64,000 nt of DNA, taken from assembly GCA_963749155.1 (NCBI GenBank), contig CAVVLO010000002.1, forward strand, positions 320,001-384,000, given 5' to 3'. A program made the position numbers and the translations under genes. The stretch is from an uncultured Armatimonadia bacterium. GTDB lineage: Bacteria; Armatimonadota; Zipacnadia; CAVVLO01. A model generated the notes under the pieces. It searched no databases, was not told where the DNA came from, and saw only the letters and a program-made list of their open reading frames with translations. This document shows, one piece after another, positions 41,780 through 52,181 of the stretch (positions are counted from its first letter, which is position 1; each line of letters opens with the position of its first letter).

Positions 41780-44700
41780 ATGAGAGTATTGGCATTGGGT
41801 TTTGCCCTTGTATTCCTGCTTGCTACTTGCGCCCTGGCGCTTGCCGATGAGGCCGCACTCGAGCAGCTTACCCAGGAGCTTGCTGTCCCTCTGGAAGGCT
41901 GGCGTTGTGCCACTGAAGATAACTCCGCCTTCGCTGCTGCTGATTTTGACGATTCCACCTGGCAACCTGTTGAAGCCGGGCAGGAATTCCTAAAGTCGGA
42001 AAATACCACTGGCTGGGTTCGTATGAGTTACAAGGTGCCAGTCGAGTTGTTTGGTGTAAAGCTTGCTGGCCAGCCCTTAATCATCAGCCTGGGGACAGAT
42101 GACCTGGGCGACCTTTATGTGGACGGGCAGAAGGTGCAGAGTTTCAGGTGGGAAAGTGGACTCGCTCTCCTAACCCGTAAAGCCGAACCTGGCCGCACTC
42201 ATACAATTGCTTTGCGTATCACCAACGAGCGTGGCCCTGGTAGTCTACGTTTTGCCCGCCTGCTCGCCAGTCCCTTGCAGCAACAACGCTATCTAGCCAA
42301 GGGATTGCTCTATGGTATCGGTTATCTGCGCTGGCTGGCCGATCAGGGCAAACTTGACAAGACCGCAGTCGAACGCGATCTCACTGCCGCCTTGCGCCTA
42401 ACCTCGCCTACTGGCGGAGAACCAACTCTCGCAGGCCTGAGTCAAGCCTGGCGCTATCTGCATGAGCGCTATGACGGCAAGACACCCGAGGGCACGGTGC
42501 ACTTGCTGGGTCACGCCCATATAGATATGAACTGGCTCTGGATGTGGCCCGAGACTCTTGATGTTTGCCGTAATACCTACAACGATATGCTCTCCAAGCT
42601 GGTGCTTTTCCCGGATTTCCGCTTCAGCCAGAGCACCGCAGCGACTTATGAAGTCCTCGCCGAGACCGATCCTGAAATGATTGCGTCCATCAAAAAGGCA
42701 GTTGCAGCTGGCCAATGGGAACTCGTTGGGGCCACCTGGGTCGAGGGTGAGAAGAATATGGCCAGTGGAGAGGCCCTGGCGCGCCATCTGATGTATGCCA
42801 AGCGCTTCTGGCTCAAGGAATACGGCGTTGATGTGACGACCGGCTTCGAGCCAGACACCTTCGGCCATGCCTGGACTCTACCGATGATCCTCTCGAAAGC
42901 TGGGGTGGATAGTTATTATTTCTGCCGTGCTGGCAAGGGACTCCCTCTTTTCTGGTGGGAAGCGCCTGATGGCTCGCGCGTGCTTGCTTACAACTCGGTA
43001 GATGTCTGGTACAACGACCAGATCAAGCCCTCGCTGCCTATGCAGTTCACTCAGTTCCAGGACCGTTTCGGGCTCGATGAGGAGATGTGGGTGTATGGCG
43101 CCGGTGACCATGGCGGTGGCCCGCGTCTTGATGACGTCGAGACTGCAATGGGCCTGATGAATATGCCTGCTGGCCCTACCTTCAAGTTTGACACCTTGCG
43201 CGGCACTATGGACTCGCTCGAGGCAAATCTCGGAGCTGATGCTCCGGTTGTCGCGACTGAACTCAACACGGTTTTTGAAGGCTGTTATACCTCTCATCCC
43301 GAGATGCACTCGGAGAACCGCAGGCTCGAAAACTTCATCTCCTCTGCAGAAGCAGCCTGTCTGCTTGCGACCCCTGCCCAGGCCTATCCTGGCGCCACCT
43401 GACGCAAGGCCTGGACCAATGTGCTCTTCAACCACCACCATGATCCAGGCGATGGCACTTCCATCGAAGCGGCATATCCCTTCCATCACGCCCTTTTTGA
43501 AGAATCTGACAAGCTGACCGGAGAGGCGCTTTCAGGCGCTTTTGGGGCCGCAGCCAGGTTGCTTCCTCAGGGGCAAGAAGGCTTGCCAGTCCTGGTTTTT
43601 AACCCTCTGCCCTGGAAGCATCAGGGCGAAGTTACCGTCGCCTTGCCTGTGCAATTCCGAGGCCGGGCTTTCGAGGTTGTTAATCGGCAAGGCAAGCCGC
43701 TCCAGTTCGCACTTGCTCTGGATGGGGGCCTCACTGTGCTGGCAGAGGCGCCAGCCCTGGGGTTTGATGCGTTCTACTTGCGCCCAAGCGATGGAGAGCT
43801 TACTCCAGGGCCGATTGCACTACCTTCAGATACTCTTGAGAATCGCTATCTTCGCCTTGCCTTTGATCCCGCAACTGGACGCGTGCTGTCTCTCTTCGAT
43901 AAGCACACTGACAGGGAACTCGCCAAAGCTGAAACCGAGTTCGCCGGACTGGAGGGCTGGCTTGAGAATCCTGTGGGCAACGCCTGGGTGATTGGCAAGC
44001 TCAACGGCCCTGAGCCACTGGTCGCGAGTTCGACAAGCGCCACCGTGGATGCACTCGGAAGCACCCTGACAACTGTCTACGAGTATTCGGACTCGACCCT
44101 CACCCGGCGCCTGCGCCTGCCAGTGGGTATGCCCTGGCTGGAGGTGAAGGTCGATATAGACTGGCGAGAGAAGCCAACTCGTGAGACAGGCAGCCGCCTG
44201 GTCAAACTGGCTTTCCCCACCAGTTTGGTTGCCCCCTACGCTCGTTTTGAATTGCCTTTCGGGTCGATGGAGCGCGGCGCAAGTGGCGCCGAGGTGCCCG
44301 CTCAGCGCTGGGCTACCTTGACCGAGTATACGCGCCCCAAGCTGGAAGCGCCTTTCACCCAGCTCGACCTGACACAGGAGTTCAATGCTGCCAGTTGTGC
44401 AAGCCCAGGTGAAGCAACCTCAGTCACCTTTGACCACAGCAGCGCCAACATCCCGCCGGACCTGTTCCCTGAAAACGAAAAAGAACTGCGGGTGCAAGGA
44501 GTGCCCTACAGGTTGCCTTCTCGCTTTGGCGCCAACAACCTGGAGTGTGATGGGCAGGTACTTCCTGTTGATAACGAGGCAGCCACGCTCTATTTCCTGG
44601 TTGCCGCAACTCGTGGCAGCCGCACCGGCCAACTGAAAATCAACTACGCCGATGGCTTCAAAGCCAGCGCGCTGCTGCACGCGACTGACTGGGCTAGCAA

Positions 44701-45463
44701 GCCTGCTTCTCAGGATGAGGTTATGGCTCTCTATTCTGATTACAGGCTCAATCCATCCGGTGAGCGTGAAGCCTGCCCAATTGTCATTAGCTCTGTCGCT
44801 GTGCCACTTCCCAAATACGGCAAGCTGAAGTCCATACAACTGCCCCTGGAGCGCGATCTGCACCTCTTCGCGGTTACGACAGGCCCAGGCGCGGCTCGGG
44901 GTGAAGGGAGTTTTTCTCTTGCTTTTCTCAATAATAGCAAGTATGGTCATAGTGTGCAGGACACCACTGCTCGCATAACTCTGGTCCGGGGCCCCTTCAA
45001 TCCGCATGAACCTGATCCGACTCAGCCTCCAAGCAGCACCTCGGTTACAGTGCGCGTCTACCCCCATGCAGGTGACTGGTATGAAAAGGGGATGCAAGTC
45101 CTGGCTACAGAGCTCAATCGCCCTCTGCTAGCCTCGGTGGCGCCTCAGCCCTCAGGCGAGACGCCTCCTGCCTGGTTGCAACTTGGGATGCCCTGTCTCA
45201 CTCTGGCGCCGGACAACCTGGTCTTCAGTGCCGTCAAACAGTGCGAGGATGACAAATCCTGGATTGTGCGATTCCACGAATCCGTCGGTCTTCCCACTGA
45301 AGCTCTAATCAAGTTGCCAATTGGCGTGAGGTCGGCTGTGGAAGTAGACCTCCTCGAGCGCAAGCTCAAGGGAGCCCGACCGGTGACTATAGACGGCCAA
45401 CTGGTGAAGGTTCAGATAAAGCCTTATGAAGTACTTACCCTCAAGCTCGAGCTCGCTTCCTAG
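41780..45463 (+). CDS. Secreted GH38 alpha-mannosidase, interrupted by an in-frame TGA at 43400-43402
   Basis: 'GHAHIDMNWLW', 'PDTFGH', 'YGAGDHGGGP', 'GCYTS', 'FN..HD', 'PAQRW', 'SKYG'; both halves in the same frame. Confidence 0.88.
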
Positions 45464-45471
45464 GCGCTCAC

Positions 45472-45500
45472 AAAAGGGGAGCCGCCAGGCCGGCTCCCCT
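45472..45500. terminator. Terminator between convergent genes
   Basis: AGGGGAGCCG-CCAGGC-CGGCTCCCCT with an adjacent A-run. Confidence 0.75.
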
Positions 45501-45523
45501 CTACCTTACAAAGCAGTTATTGC

Positions 45524-46499
45524 CTATCCCATCAAATGCTTGACGAAGAAGTCATAGCTCTTCGCTCCGGAGAACTGATGATCTCCACTGAAGACATCCA
45601 GATCTAGCTTCTCGCGGACTCCGTAGACCTCGTAGATTTCCTCCAGTTTTGCATAGGCTTCCTTTACCGCGGGCAGGGGGAATATCGGATCCACATCGCC
45701 TGCTTCTACTACTAAGGGCCGTGGGGCAATCAGGCCAGCCACATCGTAGTTCTCGGCCCATTCCAGGATGCCCGGAATGAAGTTGCAGGTGCAGTGGTTC
45801 ATCGCCAAAATGCTGCCAAGCCAGGTGCAGGTGTAGCCACTTATGCAGGTGCACTTCACTCGCTCATCAATTGCGGAGGTGAAGGTGGTCACAGTCCCTC
45901 CGCCCGACAAGCCGACCATCCCGAGCTTGTCCGGGTCCACAAAATCCAGGGACTGAAGCAAATCAAAGCCCACCATCGAATCCCATACGCGCAGACCGAC
46001 TATTGTCTTACCCATTATAATCAGGTTGAGGTTCTCGCGGCCTTCCTCCTCGCCCCGTTCGCCCCACCCACGCCCATCGGGCACCAGAGTAACAAAGCCC
46101 CGCCGGGCGAAGCCAGCTCCGAAACCATGATGCACGTCTACATCGTCAAGAAGCATCTTGCGTCCCTGACCATGCCCATGATGGGCAAGCACAGCAGGCC
46201 GCCTTTCGCCAGGCTTCAGGTCCTTGGGGATAAGCAAATCTGCCGGTACGACGCTCCACTCATCACTTCTGAAAGTCAGCGTCCGTATGATGTAGTCGCC
46301 CGCGTCTTCCTCTTCTGGATGGCACCTCGAGTGGGACGCGTTTGCTGGGGAAGCCCCCCAAAAGCTCGATCACCTTGCCGCGCAGGCTGGCGCGCCAGAG
46401 GTCCGCTTCCTGCAAGCTTGTAGCCTGGAATTCCAACTTACGTTTTGTGGCAGCATAATATCGATTACTCCACTCCAAAGCCGAATACTCTGGATTCAT
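45524..46499 (-). CDS. Alpha/beta hydrolase (acetylxylan esterase/dienelactone hydrolase-like), frameshifted at about 46320
   Basis: 'HGHG', 'GLSGGG', 'HC.CNFIPG', 'IAPRP', 'D..FP', 'GDHQF'; N-terminus in the 46263..46499 frame. Confidence 0.8.
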
Positions 46500-47668
46500 T
46501 CCTCAGCTTCCTCCTGCTCTGCTCGCGAGTAGAATTCTTTCACCAGATTGTTCTCGACAATCACATCTGCAAGCCCTTCAGCCACCTCGATACCCTTACT
46601 GCTCGACTGTATCACGCAGCCTGTAACAACCGTACCCAGACCGCCAGCTAGCCGCAGAGCTGGCTGATCGAAGTCAGAATGCAATCTCCTGAGCTGGCAA
46701 CCGCACACCGTCACCAACTCGCAGTCTCGCACCTCGAGAGCCGGCAGGCCATTAGCTGACAGTTCAAGGCCAGAGACGCGCACCTGGGCGCCCGGCCCGT
46801 CCACCAGCATCCCGCCGAAATGGGTCCAGAAGGTGCCCCCGGCAAAACTCACCGTGTGGCTCCCTCTGACCTCCACTCCAACTGCGCAAAAATCTGCAGA
46901 ACAGTTAGCCAGGCTACCCCAGGTGCCTCCTTCGATTTCGCAGCCCTCAATCTCATCGGCAAGCAAGAAGCCTCTGTTCATTTTGAAGGCGAAGCAATCT
47001 GACACCAGCAGTACATCGTTCTTGCCCAGCAGGAAACCTACTCCAATATCGAAGGCCGTCGGGCTGCTCGGGCTCCACACTTCGACGCGCGAGATCCAGG
47101 ATGAGTCCCAGGTGCCCGTCATCCGCACGCCGATATGATGCACGTCAACGATAAAGCAATCGGTGACCAGCGCGCGGCCCACATTGCTTTTACCATCAGC
47201 AACAATGGCATCCCAGGCGCTCTGGAACTTGCATTCGCTCACTCGGCAACCAACACCAGCCAACTCAATGGCAGGTGGGATTGCTTCGGGCGCCTTGCCC
47301 TTCCAGTCATAAGAAAAATACAGCCCTGTTACACTGCTGCCCCCTTTGAGCCGTATGCAAGGGCCATCGACTGCCTCCGGCAGAATCACAGGCAGCGCGT
47401 TATTGTCGCCCACCCAGGCCGCCTGAGGCTGCCCAGTCAGCGTCTGCTGCGCCAGGGTCAGCCCGCGAGTAAGCCTGTAACGCCCTTCGGGCACAACGAT
47501 TGGTTCGTGGGTCTCGGACGTCGCCAGCAGTGCCTGCTCAAAAGCCGCCGTGTCATCAGCCACGCCATCGCCCATCGCACCGTAGTCTCTCACGTTCACT
47601 GATGCCACTGCACAAGCCACCAGCCCCACCAGCAACGCGCCAGTCCAAATCACCAAATACAATCTCAC
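46496..47668 (-). CDS. Secreted right-handed beta-helix protein (pectate lyase 3/GH28-related)
   Basis: Signal peptide; 'VNVRDYGAMGDGVADDTAAF', 'VPEGRY'; GTG start overlaps the upstream stop. Confidence 0.8.
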   Translation of the reverse strand: MRLYLVIWTGALLVGLVACAVASVNVRDYGAMGDGVADDTAAFEQALLATSETHEPIVVPEGRYRLTRGLTLAQQTLTGQPQAAWVGDNNALPVILPEAVDGPCIRLKGGSSVTGLYFSYDWKGKAPEAIPPAIELAGVGCRVSECKFQSAWDAIVADGKSNVGRALVTDCFIVDVHHIGVRMTGTWDSSWISRVEVWSPSSPTAFDIGVGFLLGKNDVLLVSDCFAFKMNRGFLLADEIEGCEIEGGTWGSLANCSADFCAVGVEVRGSHTVSFAGGTFWTHFGGMLVDGPGAQVRVSGLELSANGLPALEVRDCELVTVCGCQLRRLHSDFDQPALRLAGGLGTVVTGCVIQSSSKGIEVAEGLADVIVENNLVKEFYSRAEQEEAEE

Positions 47669-48676
47669 TTTGCACGCTCCTTCCAGGCATCCTGGGCTAT
47701 CATCGTTTCTATACAAGCCACTGCGTTGGCGGTGGGCACATCAGCCATAATCGGCTTGGTTGGTTCGAGGATAAAACCGCCCCCCTTGCCACACTCGACC
47801 AGCAGCCGGTTTATCTCGCTCCGGATGCCTTCTGGGTTGCCGTGCGGCAGCAATACCTGCGTCCCAATACCGCCCTTGAAGGTTACCTCGCTGCCGTATT
47901 CTCGCTTAAGAGAATACACATCCATCGCTTCTGGCTGGAAGGGATCTATTATCTGAACTCCCATATCAATATATTCACCAATGATTTCAGTATTGTCGCC
48001 GCAAGTATGGATACCCAGCACCTTGCCGCTCTCTCGGACTGCCGTATACATCCTCGCAAGGCGAGGCTTAAGATAGGTCTCCCAATGGGGCTTGCCCATT
48101 ATCAGGCCTTTCTGGGCGCCGACATCATCACCCAGCCAGATCGCATCAACTTTGGTGCGAGCCACCAACTTGATAGCCGCCAGATGCGCTTCCATCAGCC
48201 CTTCCATCAATTCATGCACGAAGGCCGGCTCTGCAGGCCATATCCATCAGGATGTTCTCCATCCCCCGCAGCGCCCAGGCCCGCTCGAAAAAAGACAGCC
48301 CAATACTATAGATGTTGAAGGTGTCGGGACGCTGCTCGCACCACTCATCTATACCAGGCAGCTCCTCCTCTTTCACAAACTCGGGAATGGTGAGCTTCGA
48401 GAGGTCTGGTTCCGCAAGCAGCGGTTCCTCGATATGGAAGATAGAGCCCCACTTCCACACGACGCCAAAGCAATCCCTGGTATGAGACTCGTCCACCCAC
48501 TCGCCCCACCAGTTCCAGCCCAGGCCATCAATATGATTGGCAATAGGTGGCCAGTCGCCGTGATAGTGCTCCCTGTCCAGTCGCTCCCACACGGGCCCTT
48601 CTATTGGGATGTTATATGGCACCAAGTCTGCTTCTTCATGCCTCAGCGCCGCATAAACGCGTTCTTTTCGAGTCAT
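47665..48676 (-). CDS. URO-D/CIMS-fold family protein, frameshifted at about 48235
   Basis: 'MTRKERV', 'FERAWALRGMEN.LMD', 'GDDVGAQ', 'HTCG', 'FKGGIGTQ', 'GGFIL'. Confidence 0.85.
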
Positions 48677-48678
48677 AT

Positions 48679-49908
48679 CTACTCCTCCCCCTCGATTGGG
48701 CCTCCCATCGGTAGCTCCAGTTGTAGCTCGCTTAAATCCTTCGCCGCCTTGCCGTATTTCCCCCCGCCACCTGCCACGAGCGGCAACTTCCCCTCTCGTG
48801 CCAGCAGCAGTGTGCGCGCAAGTTTGGGAGACATAACCTCAAGCAACTCTTCCTCGGTGGCTTCATGAAGCACCGCCAGCTCGCTGCCAAATCTGGTGTG
48901 CAGCTTGCTGCGCAGCGCCGGCCCAATGCCAGGCACAAACTCCAGCGGGACCTGGTGGACGTAAGGCGGCCTTGCAGGATTGGTTCTCTCTGGGTCGCCA
49001 AGCTGATACAACCTGTCCAGTACGCCCCGAGTCACCTTGTAGCTGCCGCAGAACTGACACTCCAGCACTGGAGGGGCTGCAGTCGCCCTCTGTTCGCAGA
49101 TCTCGCAAAAAGTGCGATGGTATTTCCCAAGCCGGGGATCCAGGCCGTAATTCGCAACGATTTGCCGGCCTTCTACTCCCGCCAGAGCTTTGAAAACTTC
49201 CTCATAGCTGCTCTCTTCCACAAGCAATTCATTATGCTCGCGCGCAAGTTTCGATAGCGAATGGGCATCAGAGTTCGACACGAAACCAAAGCCTTCGAGT
49301 TCTGGCAGCATATCGGCCAGTTGCGAGTCAGCGCTGAGACCGAGTTCAATCGCAGGTATGTGGCGCGCGGTCTCCTCCGAGAAGACCTGCCAAAAGCTGT
49401 CTGCAGAGGCCCCATACAGGCTTTTATGGGGAGTAAAGCAATGAGCCGGCATCACCAGCCCCCCGTGTTCGATGACCAATTGGGCAAGCTGCTCTGAGGC
49501 CAGACCGCAGTTCTGACTGGACAACTCGAAGTTGGTAATACAGGGCGATATGGCTTGCGAGAAAGCTCTTAGCTGGTCAATAAAGGGAAACCAGGCGATA
49601 TGATGCGCTAGTCCCCCTCGTGGCTCGCGAGTTTCGATCTCACAACCTGTAAGCACTGTCACCTGGTCTTTATATCGCAGGCCCCCCCCAGCCAGTTCGA
49701 CCAGCTCACCCTGATCCAGGAGCCGCAGCAGGTCACGTTGAACCCCTTCTCCACCACAGTCAACCAGGCCAACGATATCGAGCCCTTTACGCTCGCGGGC
49801 TTCTATCAAGGCGTTTTCGAAGGTAAGTCGGCGTGAGGCCGTTATCTTCACAGGGCGGCCTTCAGAGGTCGCTCCCAGGTGGATGTGCAAATCCGCAAAC
49901 AGATGCAT
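48679..49908 (-). CDS. Endonuclease Q family (TIGR00375/YqxK-like) PHP-domain protein
   Basis: 'ADLHIH', 'PAHCFTP', 'IELGLSAD', 'SNSDAHS', 'GKYH..C..C', 'GGGGKYG'. Confidence 0.85.
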   Translation of the reverse strand: MHLFADLHIHLGATSEGRPVKITASRRLTFENALIEARERKGLDIVGLVDCGGEGVQRDLLRLLDQGELVELAGGGLRYKDQVTVLTGCEIETREPRGGLAHHIAWFPFIDQLRAFSQAISPCITNFELSSQNCGLASEQLAQLVIEHGGLVMPAHCFTPHKSLYGASADSFWQVFSEETARHIPAIELGLSADSQLADMLPELEGFGFVSNSDAHSLSKLAREHNELLVEESSYEEVFKALAGVEGRQIVANYGLDPRLGKYHRTFCEICEQRATAAPPVLECQFCGSYKVTRGVLDRLYQLGDPERTNPARPPYVHQVPLEFVPGIGPALRSKLHTRFGSELAVLHEATEEELLEVMSPKLARTLLLAREGKLPLVAGGGGKYGKAAKDLSELQLELPMGGPIEGEE

Positions 49909-49987
49909 CAAACTACTAATCCAACTCCAGAAGATGAAGTGGGCTCTAGTTCGACGGCTGCCTCAATACTCTTGCTTGCCTTAACCA

Positions 49988-50017
49988 AAGAGAAAGGAGA
50001 GGCCCGAAGGCCTCTCC
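49988..50017 (-). terminator. Intrinsic terminator
   Basis: GGAGAGGCC-TTCG-GGCCTCTCC followed by TTTCTCTTT on the minus strand. Confidence 0.8.
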
Positions 50018-50047
50018 CATGGTGCTGTCTACTTGGTAGCTAACCCC

Positions 50048-51670
50048 TCATTGAGAGAGGCGCTGGCCACACTTGGGACAGAACTTGTAACTTGGCGCAC
50101 AGGTTGCGCAGAGTTCGACCTGGCATATCGGGCAGTTGGCAAAAGCCTGGGCAAGTTGGCCACAAGCCGGACAGTAAGTGAAGCCTGCCTCGACCTCGCG
50201 GCCGCAATGGACGCAGTGATCAAGCGCCCTGGCTTCGACTGCTTGTTCGATGACAGGCGCTGCAGGGGTCGAAGGCTCGATAACAGGTTCCCTCTCTGCT
50301 TGCGCGTATACCTCTGGTTGCTCTGCCACAGGTTCCTCGGGCATCCAGGAAGGCGCCGGTGGTTCCTCTTCTTCAGGTCGATTGGCATACCAGGTGCTCG
50401 CAAGCTTCATATAGTAAGCCACGATAACCAGCACACCGACTATGAGCAGCAAGCCGCGATAGTTCGGATGGAGTTGGGCTTCAGGCACCAGCACGAAAGC
50501 CAGCAGCACCAGCAACAGCACCGCGTTGCGCCCGAGTTCTCCCCCTGACAGTTTGCTGGCGAAAATGACCACCATCAACCCGACAACGATCGCTGCGATA
50601 GTGAGCGCCCAGCCAATTGGCAGCAGACCCGCCAGGATGACCAGGAAGGGATAGAACAAATAGAAAGCGATTCCCAGGAAAGGCACCGCAACGACCGGTA
50701 TCTTGGCGCCCTTCATTCCAGCGGCCAGCAAAAGCAATATCAGGAAGAGCACAAGCAGCATTGGACTGAGGCTCATCAGAGGCGATATTGCATCCAGCTT
50801 CTCCGCCTGGCCTGCCTTCTGGGGCAGCACGAAACCCAGATTCTGGCGAGTCACGACATTCTCCAGATCCCAGGAGAAAACTTTTGTATTGGGGCCTTCC
50901 TGCTGCTCGTTATCCGGCACCATCGCGCCTTCGGGGAACTCCAGATCATCGGGGCTCATATCATCGCCAGTGAACTTGATGGCGAATTTCAGATGCTCGA
51001 GCCGGCTGTCCGAGGGCAATTCGTAGTAATAGGAGTTTTCACCGCGGGCAGTATATGTAACCACAAGCTTAACTGTCTTTCCGGCGGGGAAACGTGTCGT
51101 CCAGCTTGCTTCGTTGAGCTTGTAGTCGACATTCTTCACTGGCTTGTCATCCACAAGGATCTGAGTACCTGTAAGCGAGGAGACATTGGGCGGGAAGGGG
51201 AAAGTCAGGTCCGCTCTGATTGGGAACTCATTGTCATTGCGGAAGACATAGACGCCCTTGAAGTCTGCCACATAAGCCGGTTGGTACCAGACTGGCTCCT
51301 TGCTACCGGCCTTCTCGCCGCCTTTCTCCTTGTAATGGCCCGCGACCCCTAAGGTGATGTCCGCCGTTGCTGGCACAAACTGGGGAGGCGAGGCTCGACG
51401 CAAGGACTCGGCCATCTGGGGGCTGACTACAGCCGTGTCATAGGCCGCTTTGGCCTGCACTGGGGCCTGACGCAAGGACTGGACAGAGCCCTCATAATGC
51501 CGCTCTGACGCGTCCGAGCCTGGAAGCCCCATATTTCCCGCAGGCGCAATTGGAGGTGGCGAGGCTGACCTTTTTGCGCCGTAGAAAAGGGAGAAGGTAC
51601 TGAACATCATAACGATGAGGACAAGAGCGCCGAAAAGAGCGCCGAAGATATAGAGGCCTTGTTTATTCAT
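50048..51670 (-). CDS. CreD-like inner membrane protein with C-terminal zinc ribbons
   Basis: N-terminal TM, extracytoplasmic beta-rich domain, about 5 TM helices, acidic/Pro linker, five CxxC pairs. Confidence 0.6.
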   Translation of the reverse strand: MNKQGLYIFGALFGALVLIVMMFSTFSLFYGAKRSASPPPIAPAGNMGLPGSDASERHYEGSVQSLRQAPVQAKAAYDTAVVSPQMAESLRRASPPQFVPATADITLGVAGHYKEKGGEKAGSKEPVWYQPAYVADFKGVYVFRNDNEFPIRADLTFPFPPNVSSLTGTQILVDDKPVKNVDYKLNEASWTTRFPAGKTVKLVVTYTARGENSYYYELPSDSRLEHLKFAIKFTGDDMSPDDLEFPEGAMVPDNEQQEGPNTKVFSWDLENVVTRQNLGFVLPQKAGQAEKLDAISPLMSLSPMLLVLFLILLLLAAGMKGAKIPVVAVPFLGIAFYLFYPFLVILAGLLPIGWALTIAAIVVGLMVVIFASKLSGGELGRNAVLLLVLLAFVLVPEAQLHPNYRGLLLIVGVLVIVAYYMKLASTWYANRPEEEEPPAPSWMPEEPVAEQPEVYAQAEREPVIEPSTPAAPVIEQAVEARALDHCVHCGREVEAGFTYCPACGQLAQAFANCPICQVELCATCAPSYKFCPKCGQRLSQ

Positions 51671-51703
51671 TGTTACCCCTCCTGTGATAAGTGTCGCTTG
51701 TTG

Positions 51704-51729
51704 GACTGATCAACTGCAGGAAAGGTTCC
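51704..51729 (-). promoter_or_regulatory. Candidate ECF-sigma promoter
   Basis: GGAACC-N16-AGTC upstream of 51670. Confidence 0.45.
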
Positions 51730-51736
51730 CGAGCTT

Positions 51737-52030
51737 TCACTCGCTAGATGGCGTTGTGGAAGGCGGTTGAATTTGGACTGGCTGAGAGGGCTTGTAAAAC
51801 CGGTTGTAAACTAGACCTGCAATCCATCCAAGCAGGAATCCATCCAGAAATCCATACGGCAGTGCAAGTGCCACAGAGGCGATCCCAACACCAAAGCCAG
51901 GCCATATCAGGACTAGCAGACTGCTGCTGAAAGTGCCCGTTACCAGCAAGGCGAAAAGCGCCAGCAGTTGGGCCCCTATCCCAAACACAACTCCTGCCGC
52001 AAGACCCATCTTGAGTGGGTTGATACGCAT
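51737..52030 (-). CDS. Small 2-TM membrane protein (resembles a family often auto-annotated 'bacteriophage holin')
   Basis: 'MRINPLKMGLAAG', 'GFLDGFLLGW...VYN'; AGGAG RBS. Confidence 0.65.
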   Translation of the reverse strand: MRINPLKMGLAAGVVFGIGAQLLALFALLVTGTFSSSLLVLIWPGFGVGIASVALALPYGFLDGFLLGWIAGLVYNRFYKPSQPVQIQPPSTTPSSE

Positions 52031-52181
52031 GACAACTCCTGCACTGACTGCTTGAACCGGCAAGCAAAACTAATATGGCTAGCTTTAACAGAGACTTCTG
52101 ACTCTCTCCACTACCTTACCACTAATTAGACCAGAATCAGCAAGTGGAAAGCCAGCTCAGTTCGTAAGGCTCATCGGGCTG

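Noticed and set aside
51737..52030. Prophage inferred from the holin-like gene
   Set aside because: No endolysin, integrase or structural genes; the holin label is weak.
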